Origin: an uncultured Verrucomicrobiota bacterium
Lineage (GTDB): Bacteria; Verrucomicrobiota; Kiritimatiellia; RFP12; UBA3636
NCBI GenBank assembly: GCA_949285835.1
Contig: CASEAR010000110.1
Coordinates: 1 to 56,646, forward strand
Direction of reading: 5' to 3'
DNA length: 56,646 nt
The notes below the pieces were generated by a model. That model did no database searches, was not told where the DNA came from, and saw only the letters and a list, made by a program, of their open reading frames with translations. A program made the translations under genes and the position numbers. Below are positions 18,335 through 28,636 of the stretch, one piece after another (within the stretch, counting starts at the first letter, position 1; every line of letters begins with the position of its first letter).

Positions 18335-20017
18335 ATGGAAATATTAAGACTGCAAGTGCGTGACCTCGCCGTGGTCGAAAACGCCGAAGTACGGTTTAAA
18401 TTCGGGCTGAACGTCGTTACCGGAGAAACCGGAGCAGGAAAATCCGTCCTCATCGGCGCGCTCGCGCTCCTCACCGGAGCCAGAGCGGATCACGGAGTCA
18501 TACGCCACGGCGCTGCACAAGCCTCCGTTACCGCTGAAATCGTCCTGTCCGGCGAAGCGGCGGATTCCATCTCGGCAATACTTGAGGACGCGGGAATCGA
18601 CCCCTGTGAAAACGGCGTGCTCATTCTCCGCCGCACAGTCTCGGCGTCCGGCGGAGGACGCTGCACAGTAAACAACTGCCCGGCCACGGTGGGACTGCTT
18701 GCAAAAATCGGAACGCATCTGGTGGACATGCACGGTCCCCACGACAACCAGTCCCTCCTCGACCGCGGATTCCAGCTATCCGCCGTGGATGCGTATGGAC
18801 ACTGCCACGCGGAGCGGGAAAAATTCCGCAGCCTTTGGAAGCGCAGGGAAGCCCTGATTTCAGAGCTCAAACGCCTCTCCGGAAACACGGAAAACGTCGA
18901 GCAGCGAATCGACATCCTCAAATACCGCATAGACGAAATAGAATCTCTGTCCCTTTCCGAAGAAGCCGACGGATACACCCTCGTCGAAGAATATGCCGCG
19001 GCTTCCAATTCCGCCAGACTGATCGAACTCGGCTCCGCCGTCGTTCAGGCACTCTCAGAAGGCGAGAACTCCGCCATCGACACCATGGCCTGCACGGCGC
19101 GGATGATATCCGAAATGCGGTCGCTGTCCGCTCCCGATGCGGCGGAATGGGAAAAGGAGGCGCATTCCATATCCGTTCAGATATCCGAACTGTCAAGAGC
19201 CGTTTCGGATTGCGCGTCCGGATTCGAAGTCTCTCAGGAGCGGATGCAATGGCTCGAAAAACGCATGGCGGATGTGGAGCACATAAAATCAAAGTACGGC
19301 AAAACCGTCGGAGACGTCTTGAAAACGCTTCAGGCGGCCAAAGATGAGCTCGAAGACCTCGGCAAAATCGGAGAACGGGCAGCGGAAGCCAGAGAAAACA
19401 TCGCCAGGACGGAATCCGAAATGGCGGAGGCAGGCGCGCTGCTCACCGCCGCCAGAAAGAAGGCCGCACAGTCGCTCTCTGCCGCCGTTGAAGAGCAGCT
19501 CGCGGAGCTCGGACTGCCGCGGGCCGCTTTTTCAGTCGCTTTTTCCAAAGGATGCAACGAAAACGGACTAGACGAAATAGAGTTCATGTTCGGCCCCAAT
19601 CCCGGAGACCCCCCTTCCCCCCTGCGGACGATTGCTTCAAGCGGAGAAATCTCGCGCGTAATGCTCGCCATAAAAACGGTCCTCTCCGGACACGACCGCA
19701 TACCGATTCTCGTATTCGACGAAATCGACGCCAACGTGGGGGGGGAAATCGCTCTCTCCGTAGGGCGCAAGCTCCGCCGCACCGGCCTTACGCACACCGT
19801 AATCTGCATCACGCACCTTCCCCAAGTGGCGGCATGCGGATCATACCACTTCAGTGTGATCAAAAAGGAAAACAACGGCAGAGTGTCAACGGAAATAAAT
19901 GAAATTCTCGGCCATGAGCGGGAAAACGAGATTGCCCGTATGCTCGGAGGAGCCAATCTGACATCTGTCGCAATGGAACATGCCAGAGAGCTTATATCCG
20001 CTGGTTCCGCACAATGA
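18335..20017 (+). CDS. recN: DNA repair protein RecN
   Basis: TGETGAGKS, ASSGEISRVMLA, FDEIDANVGG, CITHLPQVAA, EIARMLGG. Confidence 0.95.
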   Translation: MEILRLQVRDLAVVENAEVRFKFGLNVVTGETGAGKSVLIGALALLTGARADHGVIRHGAAQASVTAEIVLSGEAADSISAILEDAGIDPCENGVLILRRTVSASGGGRCTVNNCPATVGLLAKIGTHLVDMHGPHDNQSLLDRGFQLSAVDAYGHCHAEREKFRSLWKRREALISELKRLSGNTENVEQRIDILKYRIDEIESLSLSEEADGYTLVEEYAAASNSARLIELGSAVVQALSEGENSAIDTMACTARMISEMRSLSAPDAAEWEKEAHSISVQISELSRAVSDCASGFEVSQERMQWLEKRMADVEHIKSKYGKTVGDVLKTLQAAKDELEDLGKIGERAAEARENIARTESEMAEAGALLTAARKKAAQSLSAAVEEQLAELGLPRAAFSVAFSKGCNENGLDEIEFMFGPNPGDPPSPLRTIASSGEISRVMLAIKTVLSGHDRIPILVFDEIDANVGGEIALSVGRKLRRTGLTHTVICITHLPQVAACGSYHFSVIKKENNGRVSTEINEILGHERENEIARMLGGANLTSVAMEHARELISAGSAQ

Positions 20018-20056
20018 CGCCCGGCTTCCCCCCCTCCCGGCCTTACAAAACATTTG

Positions 20057-20086
20057 TTGCAAAATTTTCACGGAATAGAGTAGAAT
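20057..20086 (+). promoter_or_regulatory. Sigma70-type promoter for the rsfS operon
   Basis: TTGCAA-N18-TAGAAT. Confidence 0.5.
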
Positions 20087-20173
20087 CCGCCTGAACAGCA
20101 GCGGGTGCGCCTCCGCAGGCCGCCGGAGGAAGAACAAAGTGCGGGGATTCGTTTTTTCGAAAGGACAACAGCC

Positions 20174-20509
20174 ATTAACTCCGAACAGCTCAAAGACATA
20201 ATAGTGAACGCCCTCGAAGACCGGAAAGCGGTGGACACGGCGGTGTTTGACGTGCGCGGCGTGTGCGTGCAGACGGATTTCTACGTGGTAGCGTCTGCCG
20301 AATCCGCCCCGCATCTGAATGCGCTTAAAAATGCGGTGCTCCGAGACCTGAAAAACGAGTCGCATATCCGCGGGCGCGTATCCGGCGATGCGGAAAGCGC
20401 ATGGATCGTCATCGACTTTGCCGACGTCATCGTACACGTCTTCTCAAAAGAAGCCCGGGCGTACTACGATATCGAATCACTCTGGCGCAATCCGCCCGAA
20501 GATAAATGA
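20174..20509 (+). CDS. rsfS: Ribosome silencing factor RsfS (Iojap), probable ATT start
   Basis: LEDRKA.D...DV, DFYVVAS, WIVIDFADVIVHVF...R.YYDIESLW; AAGGA RBS precedes an in-frame ATT at 20174. Confidence 0.9.
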   Translation: MNSEQLKDIIVNALEDRKAVDTAVFDVRGVCVQTDFYVVASAESAPHLNALKNAVLRDLKNESHIRGRVSGDAESAWIVIDFADVIVHVFSKEARAYYDIESLWRNPPEDK

Positions 20510-21450
20510 ACGGCCGTCCAAAACTGAAGTATGTGATTGAATATGCGGCGCTTTGCACAATCGGTGCGTTCGTGTGCGTCGTACCGGCGGGCGCGGGCCG
20601 GGTTGCCGCATGGGCGTTCGCACGCGTTGCATTCGTCATTATGCGAGAACGCCGCATCGAAGCGGAACGCCGCATAAAAACCGTCTTCGGCGAATCCATG
20701 ACGGATAAGGAAGTGCGGAAAATCGCTTGGATATCGCTCCGCAATACGGCATTCAACATTGTGGAAATGATGAGCATCAGGAGGACGGACGAAGCGTGCA
20801 TAAGGAAAATGTTCACCGATTTTGACAAGCACATCGGGAGAATACGCTCCGCATCCGAAAAACATGGCGGAGCAGGCGTAATACTGGCATTGCCGCATAT
20901 GGGCAACTGGGATCTCGCAGGAACCGCCGTTTTCCTCGGCGGGCTGCCCATTTTCAGCGTAGCCGGGAAACAAAGGAATCCGCTCGTCAACTCCCTTATA
21001 AACAAACTCAGAAGCGGACACGGCATGGACATCATAGAGCGCGGAAGCCGCACGCTCGCACAAATCGTGTTCAGGCTAAAAAAAGGACAGATTTTCGCCA
21101 TCCTGCCAGACACAAGATCCCCGACGCCGGACGTTCAGACCGCATTCCTCGGCGGCACTGCAAATATAGCCCGCGGCATGGCATCTTTCTCCCGGTCGAC
21201 AGGCGCCCCGATACTCCCCACGGTGATACGGCGCATAGGATGGAGCAGATTCGAATTGAAAATGTTCGACGAGATCCTTCCCGACAATTCCGTCCCTAAA
21301 AAGGACGATGTCGAAAGAATGACCAGAGAAACTATTGCAATTCTGGATCGGGAAATACGTATTTCGCCGGAACAATGGTTCTGGTACAATAAACGGTGGG
21401 TTTTGGACCCTGTGGAAGAGTCCGCACATCGAAACCTCGGAAAGGAATAG
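20506..21450 (+). CDS. Lipid A biosynthesis (LpxL/HtrB family) lysophospholipid acyltransferase
   Basis: HMGNWD, ILPD, PEQWFWYNKRW. Confidence 0.85.
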   Translation: MNGRPKLKYVIEYAALCTIGAFVCVVPAGAGRVAAWAFARVAFVIMRERRIEAERRIKTVFGESMTDKEVRKIAWISLRNTAFNIVEMMSIRRTDEACIRKMFTDFDKHIGRIRSASEKHGGAGVILALPHMGNWDLAGTAVFLGGLPIFSVAGKQRNPLVNSLINKLRSGHGMDIIERGSRTLAQIVFRLKKGQIFAILPDTRSPTPDVQTAFLGGTANIARGMASFSRSTGAPILPTVIRRIGWSRFELKMFDEILPDNSVPKKDDVERMTRETIAILDREIRISPEQWFWYNKRWVLDPVEESAHRNLGKE

Positions 21451-21452
21451 AA

Positions 21453-22055
21453 ATGAACAAAAAAAACATACTTCCAATGTCAACCGCTCTGGTGATGTCT
21501 GTGCTTGCTGTGTCATGCGCATGCACCAAATCCGAACAGCTCGTTGAATGCGGTTCAGGAACCGTTACAACGGCAAACAGCGCACAAAAAATCGCTGAGC
21601 CCAAGGCCGAGGTGAAGACCACGGTGAAGGCCGAGGCCAAAGCTGAAGCGAAAGCTGAGCCCAAAGCCGAGGCAAAAGCCAAAGTAAAAGAAGAGCCCAA
21701 AGCTGAAGCAAAAGCCGAAGTAAAGGCAGAGGCAAAGGAAAAGGCGAAAGCTGAACCCAAAGCTGAAGCAAAAGCTGAGGTGAAGGCTGAACCCAAAACT
21801 GAAGCAAAGGCCGAGGTGAAGGCAGAGCCCAAAGCTGAAGCAAAGGCCGAGGTGAAGGCTGAAGCAAAAGCAGACCCTAAGGCCGAGGTGAAGGCTGAGC
21901 CCAAAGCTGAAGCAAAGGCCGAGGTAAAGGAAGAAGCAAAGGCTGAGCCCAAAGCCGAAGCGAAGGCTGAAGTAAAGGAAGAGGCAAAGGCTGAACCCGA
22001 AGCCGAAGCGGAAGCAGAGGCCAAAGAAGAGGCAAAGGCTCCTGCACAAAACTAA
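21453..22055 (+). CDS. Putative lipoprotein made almost entirely of KAE(A/P/V) low-complexity repeats
   Basis: AAGGA RBS, signal peptide with LAVSC lipobox-like motif, then about 150 aa of KAEPKAEAKAEV-type repeats. Confidence 0.7.
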   Translation: MNKKNILPMSTALVMSVLAVSCACTKSEQLVECGSGTVTTANSAQKIAEPKAEVKTTVKAEAKAEAKAEPKAEAKAKVKEEPKAEAKAEVKAEAKEKAKAEPKAEAKAEVKAEPKTEAKAEVKAEPKAEAKAEVKAEAKADPKAEVKAEPKAEAKAEVKEEAKAEPKAEAKAEVKEEAKAEPEAEAEAEAKEEAKAPAQN

Positions 22056-22186
22056 AACATAACAAAGCATTTCCCGGCGCTGATTTTTCCAGCATTTACG
22101 GGATTAAGCCAGCGCCGGTTCTCTCAACAGCCGTGTGACGGATACGGTCTGATATTCACCGCATCGACGCACCGGAAAGGAAAGTC

Positions 22187-24409
22187 ATGATTACTAAAAA
22201 ATTATTTCCTGTCTCAACAATCGCTGTGATGTCGATGCTGGCAGTGTCGTGCGTAAGCACAGATGCCGGCCAGTCCGGCAGCATCAGCCCAGCCGTCGCA
22301 GAACCAACAGTCCAGAAAACAGACGTCAGCGCTGCTGAAGCCCCGGTAAATGCGAAAAAGGCTGATAATGCGCAGAAAACAGAAAAAGAACAGGCCGCCG
22401 GGGAAAACGCAAATGCGGAACAAAAAACCGTGCAGGAAACGGCGCCTTCCGCCGCTGAGAGCACGGCTGTACTGGCTTTTGCAAGCCCGTTCTCCGACAA
22501 CGCCGTTATCCAGCGCGATGCCGAGTCGCCTGTTTGGGGCATAGCCGATCCGGGCGCAAAAGTAACACTCAAGGTCGTCTCGTCAGACGGAGGAAAAACT
22601 GTTTCTGAGACTTCCGCATCCGCCGGAAAAGATGGCAAATGGATTGTCAAAACCAAGAAAATCCCGGCCGGCGGACCATACATCGTAACAGCAGAATCGA
22701 ACGGAGCGTCCATCTCCATGAAGAACGTCCTGTTCGGAGACGTCTGGATTTGCTCCGGACAGTCAAATATGGAAATGTCGTACGGTTGGGGACTGACGAA
22801 TGGCAAGAAGTTTATGGAGACCAATTCCTGCGACACTATCAGACTTCTCAACGTCCCAAACCGCACCTCCGCAATACCGCGCGAAAACTTTGAAGCCCAA
22901 TGGAGCGTCTGCGAGCCCGAAGCCGCCAAAAAATTCTCTGCCTGCGGATATTTCTTCGGCACAGCGCTTAAGGAGAGACTCCCAGACATACCGATCGGAT
23001 TGATCGACGTGACCTGGAGCGGAACATACATACAGACTTGGCTGGCTCTCGACTCGCTCGAAAAATGCGGAGTTGAAGCGATTGAGGAATCCGCCAGGCA
23101 ATACCGCAGCACTATTGACGACTGGTTCAACAAGGGCGGAGACAAACTCTTCGAAAAACGCATGGAAGAGTGGCGGAGCGCCATGACGCCGTTTAAAGAC
23201 GCCAAGATAAAACCGGGACATGACGGCTTTGACTACTCTTCATGGAAAACCGTAAAGCTTCCTGTTACCTTTGAAAAGCATATAGACCCGAATTTTGACG
23301 GTCTGTGCTACTACAAGACGGATATCGAGCTGACCGATGCGCAGGCGGAAAACCCCGCAGAAATATCTCTCGGCACCATAGATGACGACGATACCACGAC
23401 GATCAACGGGAAAATTGTCGGTGAAACTCTCGTCTGGAACACCGACAGAAAGTACAAAATCAATACCGGAATACTGCACGGCGGCACAAATACGATCGTC
23501 GTCCGGGTAGTAGACCACGGAGGGGCCGGCGGCTTCACCGGCAAACCCGAAAATATGTTCATCAAAGTGGGCGACACGAAAATCCCCCTCGACAGAGAAT
23601 GGCAATACTACAACAGCGACATCGCCATGCACCCGCCGGTATCTCTCGCCACGGCACCTGCGAATTCCTTCAGCGCATGCTACTACGGCATGATGTACTC
23701 CCTCTTCCCCATGGCGGTAAAAGGCGCTATCTGGTATCAGGGATGCTCGAACGTAGGAGGGCATGAGGCTTATTACAACCTGTTTGAAGCCATGATCAAA
23801 GACTGGAGATCCAACTTCTCCGGAGGAGATTTCCCTGTTTATATAGTGCAGCTCGCAGCATTCCTGCAAACACATGACACACCGGTCAACAGTTCATGGG
23901 CGGCCATGCGCTGGACTCAGATGCGGCTTGGAGAGGAAATGGAAAACTGCGGCACCGCCGTTACGATCGATGTTGGGGATCACAACGATATTCACCCAAA
24001 AGACAAAAAGACCGTCGGTGAAAGGCTTGCCAGACTGGCGCTCGTGCGCACATACGGAGACAATAACCTGACCGAATGCGGTCCGATTCCCGAATCGGAA
24101 GCGACAGTCGGAGAAAATTCTTCGGTGCGCATCGCCTTCAAGCACGCCAAGGGTCTCAAAACATCTGACGGGAAAGACGTTGCGGGATTCCAGCTCGCTG
24201 GCGAAGACGGAAAGTTTGTGTGGGCGGACGCCGCAATAATCGGTGAAACAGTCAGCATCGCCGCTGCATCCGTGAACAAACCAAAAAAGGTTAGATATGC
24301 ATGGGATGATTATCCCGTATGCAATCTCGTAAACGGAGACGGAATCCCATGCGGACCGTTCGAGCTCGATGTAAAATCTACCGCAGAAAAAGAGGATCAG
24401 GGAAATTAA
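22187..24409 (+). CDS. Sialate O-acetylesterase (SASA) family lipoprotein
   Basis: GDVWICSGQSNME, FSACGYFFG, KGAIWYQGCSN, DIHPKDKKTVGERLA; inserted beta-sandwich domain. Confidence 0.9.
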   Translation: MITKKLFPVSTIAVMSMLAVSCVSTDAGQSGSISPAVAEPTVQKTDVSAAEAPVNAKKADNAQKTEKEQAAGENANAEQKTVQETAPSAAESTAVLAFASPFSDNAVIQRDAESPVWGIADPGAKVTLKVVSSDGGKTVSETSASAGKDGKWIVKTKKIPAGGPYIVTAESNGASISMKNVLFGDVWICSGQSNMEMSYGWGLTNGKKFMETNSCDTIRLLNVPNRTSAIPRENFEAQWSVCEPEAAKKFSACGYFFGTALKERLPDIPIGLIDVTWSGTYIQTWLALDSLEKCGVEAIEESARQYRSTIDDWFNKGGDKLFEKRMEEWRSAMTPFKDAKIKPGHDGFDYSSWKTVKLPVTFEKHIDPNFDGLCYYKTDIELTDAQAENPAEISLGTIDDDDTTTINGKIVGETLVWNTDRKYKINTGILHGGTNTIVVRVVDHGGAGGFTGKPENMFIKVGDTKIPLDREWQYYNSDIAMHPPVSLATAPANSFSACYYGMMYSLFPMAVKGAIWYQGCSNVGGHEAYYNLFEAMIKDWRSNFSGGDFPVYIVQLAAFLQTHDTPVNSSWAAMRWTQMRLGEEMENCGTAVTIDVGDHNDIHPKDKKTVGERLARLALVRTYGDNNLTECGPIPESEATVGENSSVRIAFKHAKGLKTSDGKDVAGFQLAGEDGKFVWADAAIIGETVSIAAASVNKPKKVRYAWDDYPVCNLVNGDGIPCGPFELDVKSTAEKEDQGN

Positions 24410-24410
24410 A

Positions 24411-26609
24411 ATGAAAACGGAACCTATAGCCGGACAAGTATTTTCTCTGGATACAGAATCTGCATCCATGGTTTTCAAATTCCTGCCGGACTACGGCGTG
24501 TGGACGATTCCATACTTCGGTCCGCGGATAACCGACCCGCAGGATGCGGCCGTGTTGTCCAGCTTTTCTGGCAATTACGGCACTTCAAACGGAAAAACAA
24601 TAAGAGAAAGCTATCCGGCTTTCGGTTCCGATATCGATCCGCATTTGCTGAACACGCACGGCGGCCTGACCGCCGTACACCACGACGGGTGCGCCGGTAC
24701 GTCATGGAGAGCGGAATCCGCCGTGCGGACCGAAGCTGAAGACGGCGTCACACATGTTGAGATAACGCTTCGCGACGCTGAATATGATTTCCGAGCCGTT
24801 CAGCACTTCCGCATAATAAAAGGCATCGACGTATTCGAAACGTGGGTGGAGCTTAAAAACAGCGAACCTGGCTCCGTACGCCTGTCCGTAATGGACTCGG
24901 CAGCGTTCGAGTTTCTCGGATTGCCGCGCGACCTGTCGGTACTAACATTGTACGGACAATGGGCCAACGAAGCGCAGCTTTCAGTATCACAGCTGCATCG
25001 TGGACAGACCATAGCCATCGGAGCGCGGTCGGGCGTGCGCGATGCATGGGACAGCAATCCGTCGTTTATGTTGTTCGAGTCCTCTGCCACAGAGGAATCC
25101 GGTCTCGTATACGGCTGCGCTCTGGCCTGGTCCGGAGCGTGGCACGCATCACTGAGCCGCACCTCAAACGGCGAACTCCGTATGAACGCGGGAGCAGACA
25201 ATCCGTCCGGGCCGTACATAATGCGGCCCGGCACAACGCTGATGCTCCCGAAGTTCATCATGTCGTGTTCCGTCGGAGGATTCGGGAAAATCTCGCGGGC
25301 TTTCCACAAGTGGGCGCGCGAAAAGTGCCTCCCGCACGGCGGCGGAGTGCGCGATGTGCTGCTCAACAGCTGGGAAGGCGCGTATTTCTCGTTCAATGAG
25401 AAGACTCTCACGGACATGATGGACGGAGTGCGCGAACTTGGAGGGGAGCTTTTTGTCATAGACGACGGATGGTTCGGGCTCGGGGAATACGCTCGAGACG
25501 ACGACAGACGCGGACTTGGCGACTGGTTCTGGAACACTAAGAAACTCCCCAGAGGACTGAAATACCTTACGGACGAGGCGGCAAAACGCGGTTTGAAACT
25601 TGGGCTTTGGATAGAGCCTGAAATGGCCAACACCCGAAGCGAAATCGCCGTCTCCCACCCGGACTGGATTATGCGGGAAAAAGGCAGGCCGCTCCGGACT
25701 GGACGCGGCGAATCGCAGGTTGTCCTTGATATGACCAATCCGGAAGTCCGGGATGAAATCTTCCGGAGGATCTCCGATATAATCGAATCCGCACCGGCGC
25801 TTGCATACATCAAATGGGACGCAAACGCCGACTTTATGAACCCCGGCTCCGCATACCTCGAAGACGACTGCCAGACAAACATCTGGTTCGACTATGCCTC
25901 AGGAGTCCGCGAACTGGCGCAAAGGCTCGCCTCCAAATTCCCCGGCATTATATTTCAGGCATGTTCCTCCGGCGGCGCGCACGCCGACTTCGCCAGCCTT
26001 TCAACTGCAGACGAATTCTGGGGATCAGACAATACCGACGCTCGTCAGCGCATATTCATCCAGTGGGGAGAACAGATGTTTTATCCCGCATGCGCCATGG
26101 CATGCCATGTGACTGCGGTGCCGTCTCATCAGACAGGCAGGGTCACACCTCTCAAGTTCCGCTTCGACGTGGCAATGTCCGGACGCCTCGGCTTCGAACT
26201 CCACCCGGCGAACATGACTCCCGAGGAAATCAGATTCGCCAAAATTGCCGTTGCGGATTACAAGAGCATACGCAGCACGGTGCAGCTGGGAAATCTTTAC
26301 CGGCTCGTTTCTCCGTATGGCAATGACCACGCCGCGCTGATGTACTCCGACGATTCCATGGAAAATGCCGTCGTATTCGTTTGGGGGCTTAACAGGCGAA
26401 TATGCGGAGATTATCCTCCTCCGATAAAACTTGCCGGCGTTGACCCTGCAAAACGGTATTCCATACGCGAAATAAACAAAAACGGAGAAAAATCTCATTC
26501 AGATCTGGACGGAGCTGTTGTCGGAGGCGACGCGCTCATGAACATGGGCATGGGGGTTGCGCTTTCGGCCGAATACGACTCCGCCGTTTTTGTCCTTAAA
26601 GCCGTCTGA
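24411..26609 (+). CDS. Alpha-galactosidase, GH36
   Basis: LLNSWEG.YF, ELFVIDDGWFG, GLGDW, GLWIEPEM, YIKWDAN, FWGSDNTD. Confidence 0.93.
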   Translation: MKTEPIAGQVFSLDTESASMVFKFLPDYGVWTIPYFGPRITDPQDAAVLSSFSGNYGTSNGKTIRESYPAFGSDIDPHLLNTHGGLTAVHHDGCAGTSWRAESAVRTEAEDGVTHVEITLRDAEYDFRAVQHFRIIKGIDVFETWVELKNSEPGSVRLSVMDSAAFEFLGLPRDLSVLTLYGQWANEAQLSVSQLHRGQTIAIGARSGVRDAWDSNPSFMLFESSATEESGLVYGCALAWSGAWHASLSRTSNGELRMNAGADNPSGPYIMRPGTTLMLPKFIMSCSVGGFGKISRAFHKWAREKCLPHGGGVRDVLLNSWEGAYFSFNEKTLTDMMDGVRELGGELFVIDDGWFGLGEYARDDDRRGLGDWFWNTKKLPRGLKYLTDEAAKRGLKLGLWIEPEMANTRSEIAVSHPDWIMREKGRPLRTGRGESQVVLDMTNPEVRDEIFRRISDIIESAPALAYIKWDANADFMNPGSAYLEDDCQTNIWFDYASGVRELAQRLASKFPGIIFQACSSGGAHADFASLSTADEFWGSDNTDARQRIFIQWGEQMFYPACAMACHVTAVPSHQTGRVTPLKFRFDVAMSGRLGFELHPANMTPEEIRFAKIAVADYKSIRSTVQLGNLYRLVSPYGNDHAALMYSDDSMENAVVFVWGLNRRICGDYPPPIKLAGVDPAKRYSIREINKNGEKSHSDLDGAVVGGDALMNMGMGVALSAEYDSAVFVLKAV

Positions 26610-26659
26610 TGGTCGCCGTACCTGCCGGAACGGCAGGCATGACGCCTGAAGAGACAAGC

Positions 26660-26692
26660 GCCGGTACGGGAAATTTCCGTGCCGGCTTTTTT
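26660..26692 (+). terminator. Intrinsic terminator
   Basis: GCCGGTACGG...CCGTGCCGGC followed by T6. Confidence 0.7.
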
Positions 26693-26790
26693 GCATGCTG
26701 CGTTGGCGGGAAGAACCGCCACGTCAATCCGGGAAAAATATCGCCGTAAGCATGCCAGCCCGCGCAGCACTGCGGCGCTCAGCCAATCCG

Positions 26791-28632
26791 TCAGCGTCCG
26801 CAGACGTCTTCATGCGCGCGGGGAAGCCTACCGCCTCGTATTGTATTATCATCCATCTGCGAATTCCCAGAATCGTCTTCAGCAGAGGAAACGGATTCCG
26901 GAAGCATCATTGAAAATATGCAGCCGCCATCCTCTGGGCATTCCAACACCGCGGAGCCTCCGTGGAGCTGCGCGGTATGCTTCACGATGGACAACCCAAG
27001 TCCTGTTCCACCCAGAGCGCGGCTCCTGTCCTTATGGACACGATAGAAGCGCTCAAAAATTCGCTCCCTGTGCTCCCGCGGAATTCCGCATCCATAATCG
27101 CGGACTGACAACCTGCATTTTCCATCGCATTTGTCCACCGAAACGTCAATTTTTTTCGAACCGCTGTACCTGATCGCGTTGACAATAAGATTTACTATTG
27201 CCTGTTCAAGCGCAGGCGCGTCACCATCAACAACTGCATTTCTGTTCCCTGACACACTAATTGATATGCCGGCTCTGTGTGCAGCGGGAGAAGTTTGAGC
27301 GGCAGCATTGACAGCCACGGAAAATAGATTGACGGGGAAGAAGTCCTTTTCAGCGACATGCGTCTTGCGTTCTATGGACAGAAGGTTGAGGATGTCGTTC
27401 ACGAGGCTGTTCATGCGCGCGGCCTGCGTAAAAATCATCTCCGCCATTTCCATCCGCTTCTCTTTCGGCAAGTCCGGCTCCTCGCGTATCACTTCCGCCG
27501 CACCGGATATGCACGTAAGCGGAGTGCGTATCTCATGCGTCACGTGCGCGAGAAAATCGCTGCGGAACGACTCCAGCCTGCGCAATTCAGTAAGGTCCGT
27601 TATCGTAAGGAGAAGCCCGCCCCCTGTAAACGTGGCCGACACGAAAATCACACCCTCCGTCGAATCCGGAAATGTCATAGAGAATTCCTTTTTGAACCCG
27701 GCGCCGACAGAAAAGGCTTTTTCAACGGAATCCGCCAATCCCTTAACTCCAGACCTGAACACGTTGAAGCTTCCGCCCGGGGCAATTTGAAATAGACGTT
27801 CCGCAGATCTGTTGTGCTCCGCCACAGATCCGTCGCTGAGAGTAAGAAGCACGGCGTCGGTCATATCCGAAAGAATTGCCTCTTTGTCGTTACGCTCCCT
27901 GGATACAGACTCGATCGTCTTTTTCAGTTTCTCCGTCATCTCCGACACGCCTATCGCAAGATCGCGCAGCACGCCAGAACGCGGAATACGGATTCTCACA
28001 TCAAGAATGCCCGAGGCCACAGACATTACGGAACTCTGAAGCAGAAGAAGCGGCTTGCGGACACGTCTTAAAACATACGCAGCCACAGCCGCCACGACTA
28101 TGCCGCCAAAGACTACCGCAAGCACGAGATTGACTTTGGAAAGCGTCATAATCCGGCTTGTGGCGTCCGTTTTTACCGAAGACCTGACAACATACACTCC
28201 GTCTGGTGTTTCCAGCGGAACGGAATGATAAATCATCCATTCACCGACAGATTCAGAAAAACGCCTGTCCGTTGCCGGAGCGCCTGACATCGCAGCCGAC
28301 ACCTCCGGTCTGGCGGAATGATTTACCATTTCTTCCGGGTCTTCATCGGAATCGCCGATCACTCTGCCGTCCGGCGCAATTACGCTCAGACGGAGCCCCG
28401 TGCCCCTGAATTTTTCGCAAAACTCCTTCGCGCCAGACTCGTCGCCGGACTGGAGGAACGGAGACACCGCCTCCCTTGCCAGCATTGTCTCATGGGATAT
28501 GCTGTTTTCCGCATCGGAAAGGAAGGACTCCATAAACACCGTATGCTGCCAGTACAGCAGCCATGCGAAAAACACGACAACGGCGGTAACTGCGACCGGG
28601 AATCCAAAAAGAATTCTGTCTCTGGTTTTCAC
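26791..28632 (-). CDS. phoR: Phosphate regulon sensor histidine kinase
   Basis: HEIRTPLT, NLIVNAIRYS, D.G.GIP, FERFYRVHKDRSR..GGTGLGLSIVKH; HAMP/PAS-like regions; operon context. Confidence 0.9.
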   Translation of the reverse strand: MKTRDRILFGFPVAVTAVVVFFAWLLYWQHTVFMESFLSDAENSISHETMLAREAVSPFLQSGDESGAKEFCEKFRGTGLRLSVIAPDGRVIGDSDEDPEEMVNHSARPEVSAAMSGAPATDRRFSESVGEWMIYHSVPLETPDGVYVVRSSVKTDATSRIMTLSKVNLVLAVVFGGIVVAAVAAYVLRRVRKPLLLLQSSVMSVASGILDVRIRIPRSGVLRDLAIGVSEMTEKLKKTIESVSRERNDKEAILSDMTDAVLLTLSDGSVAEHNRSAERLFQIAPGGSFNVFRSGVKGLADSVEKAFSVGAGFKKEFSMTFPDSTEGVIFVSATFTGGGLLLTITDLTELRRLESFRSDFLAHVTHEIRTPLTCISGAAEVIREEPDLPKEKRMEMAEMIFTQAARMNSLVNDILNLLSIERKTHVAEKDFFPVNLFSVAVNAAAQTSPAAHRAGISISVSGNRNAVVDGDAPALEQAIVNLIVNAIRYSGSKKIDVSVDKCDGKCRLSVRDYGCGIPREHRERIFERFYRVHKDRSRALGGTGLGLSIVKHTAQLHGGSAVLECPEDGGCIFSMMLPESVSSAEDDSGNSQMDDNTIRGGRLPRAHEDVCGR

Positions 28633-28636
28633 TCGC

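Noticed and set aside
21332-22070. Hydrophobic SAFASALG-type minus-strand ORFs
   Set aside because: Reverse complement of the KAE-repeat lipoprotein, which has the RBS and signal peptide.
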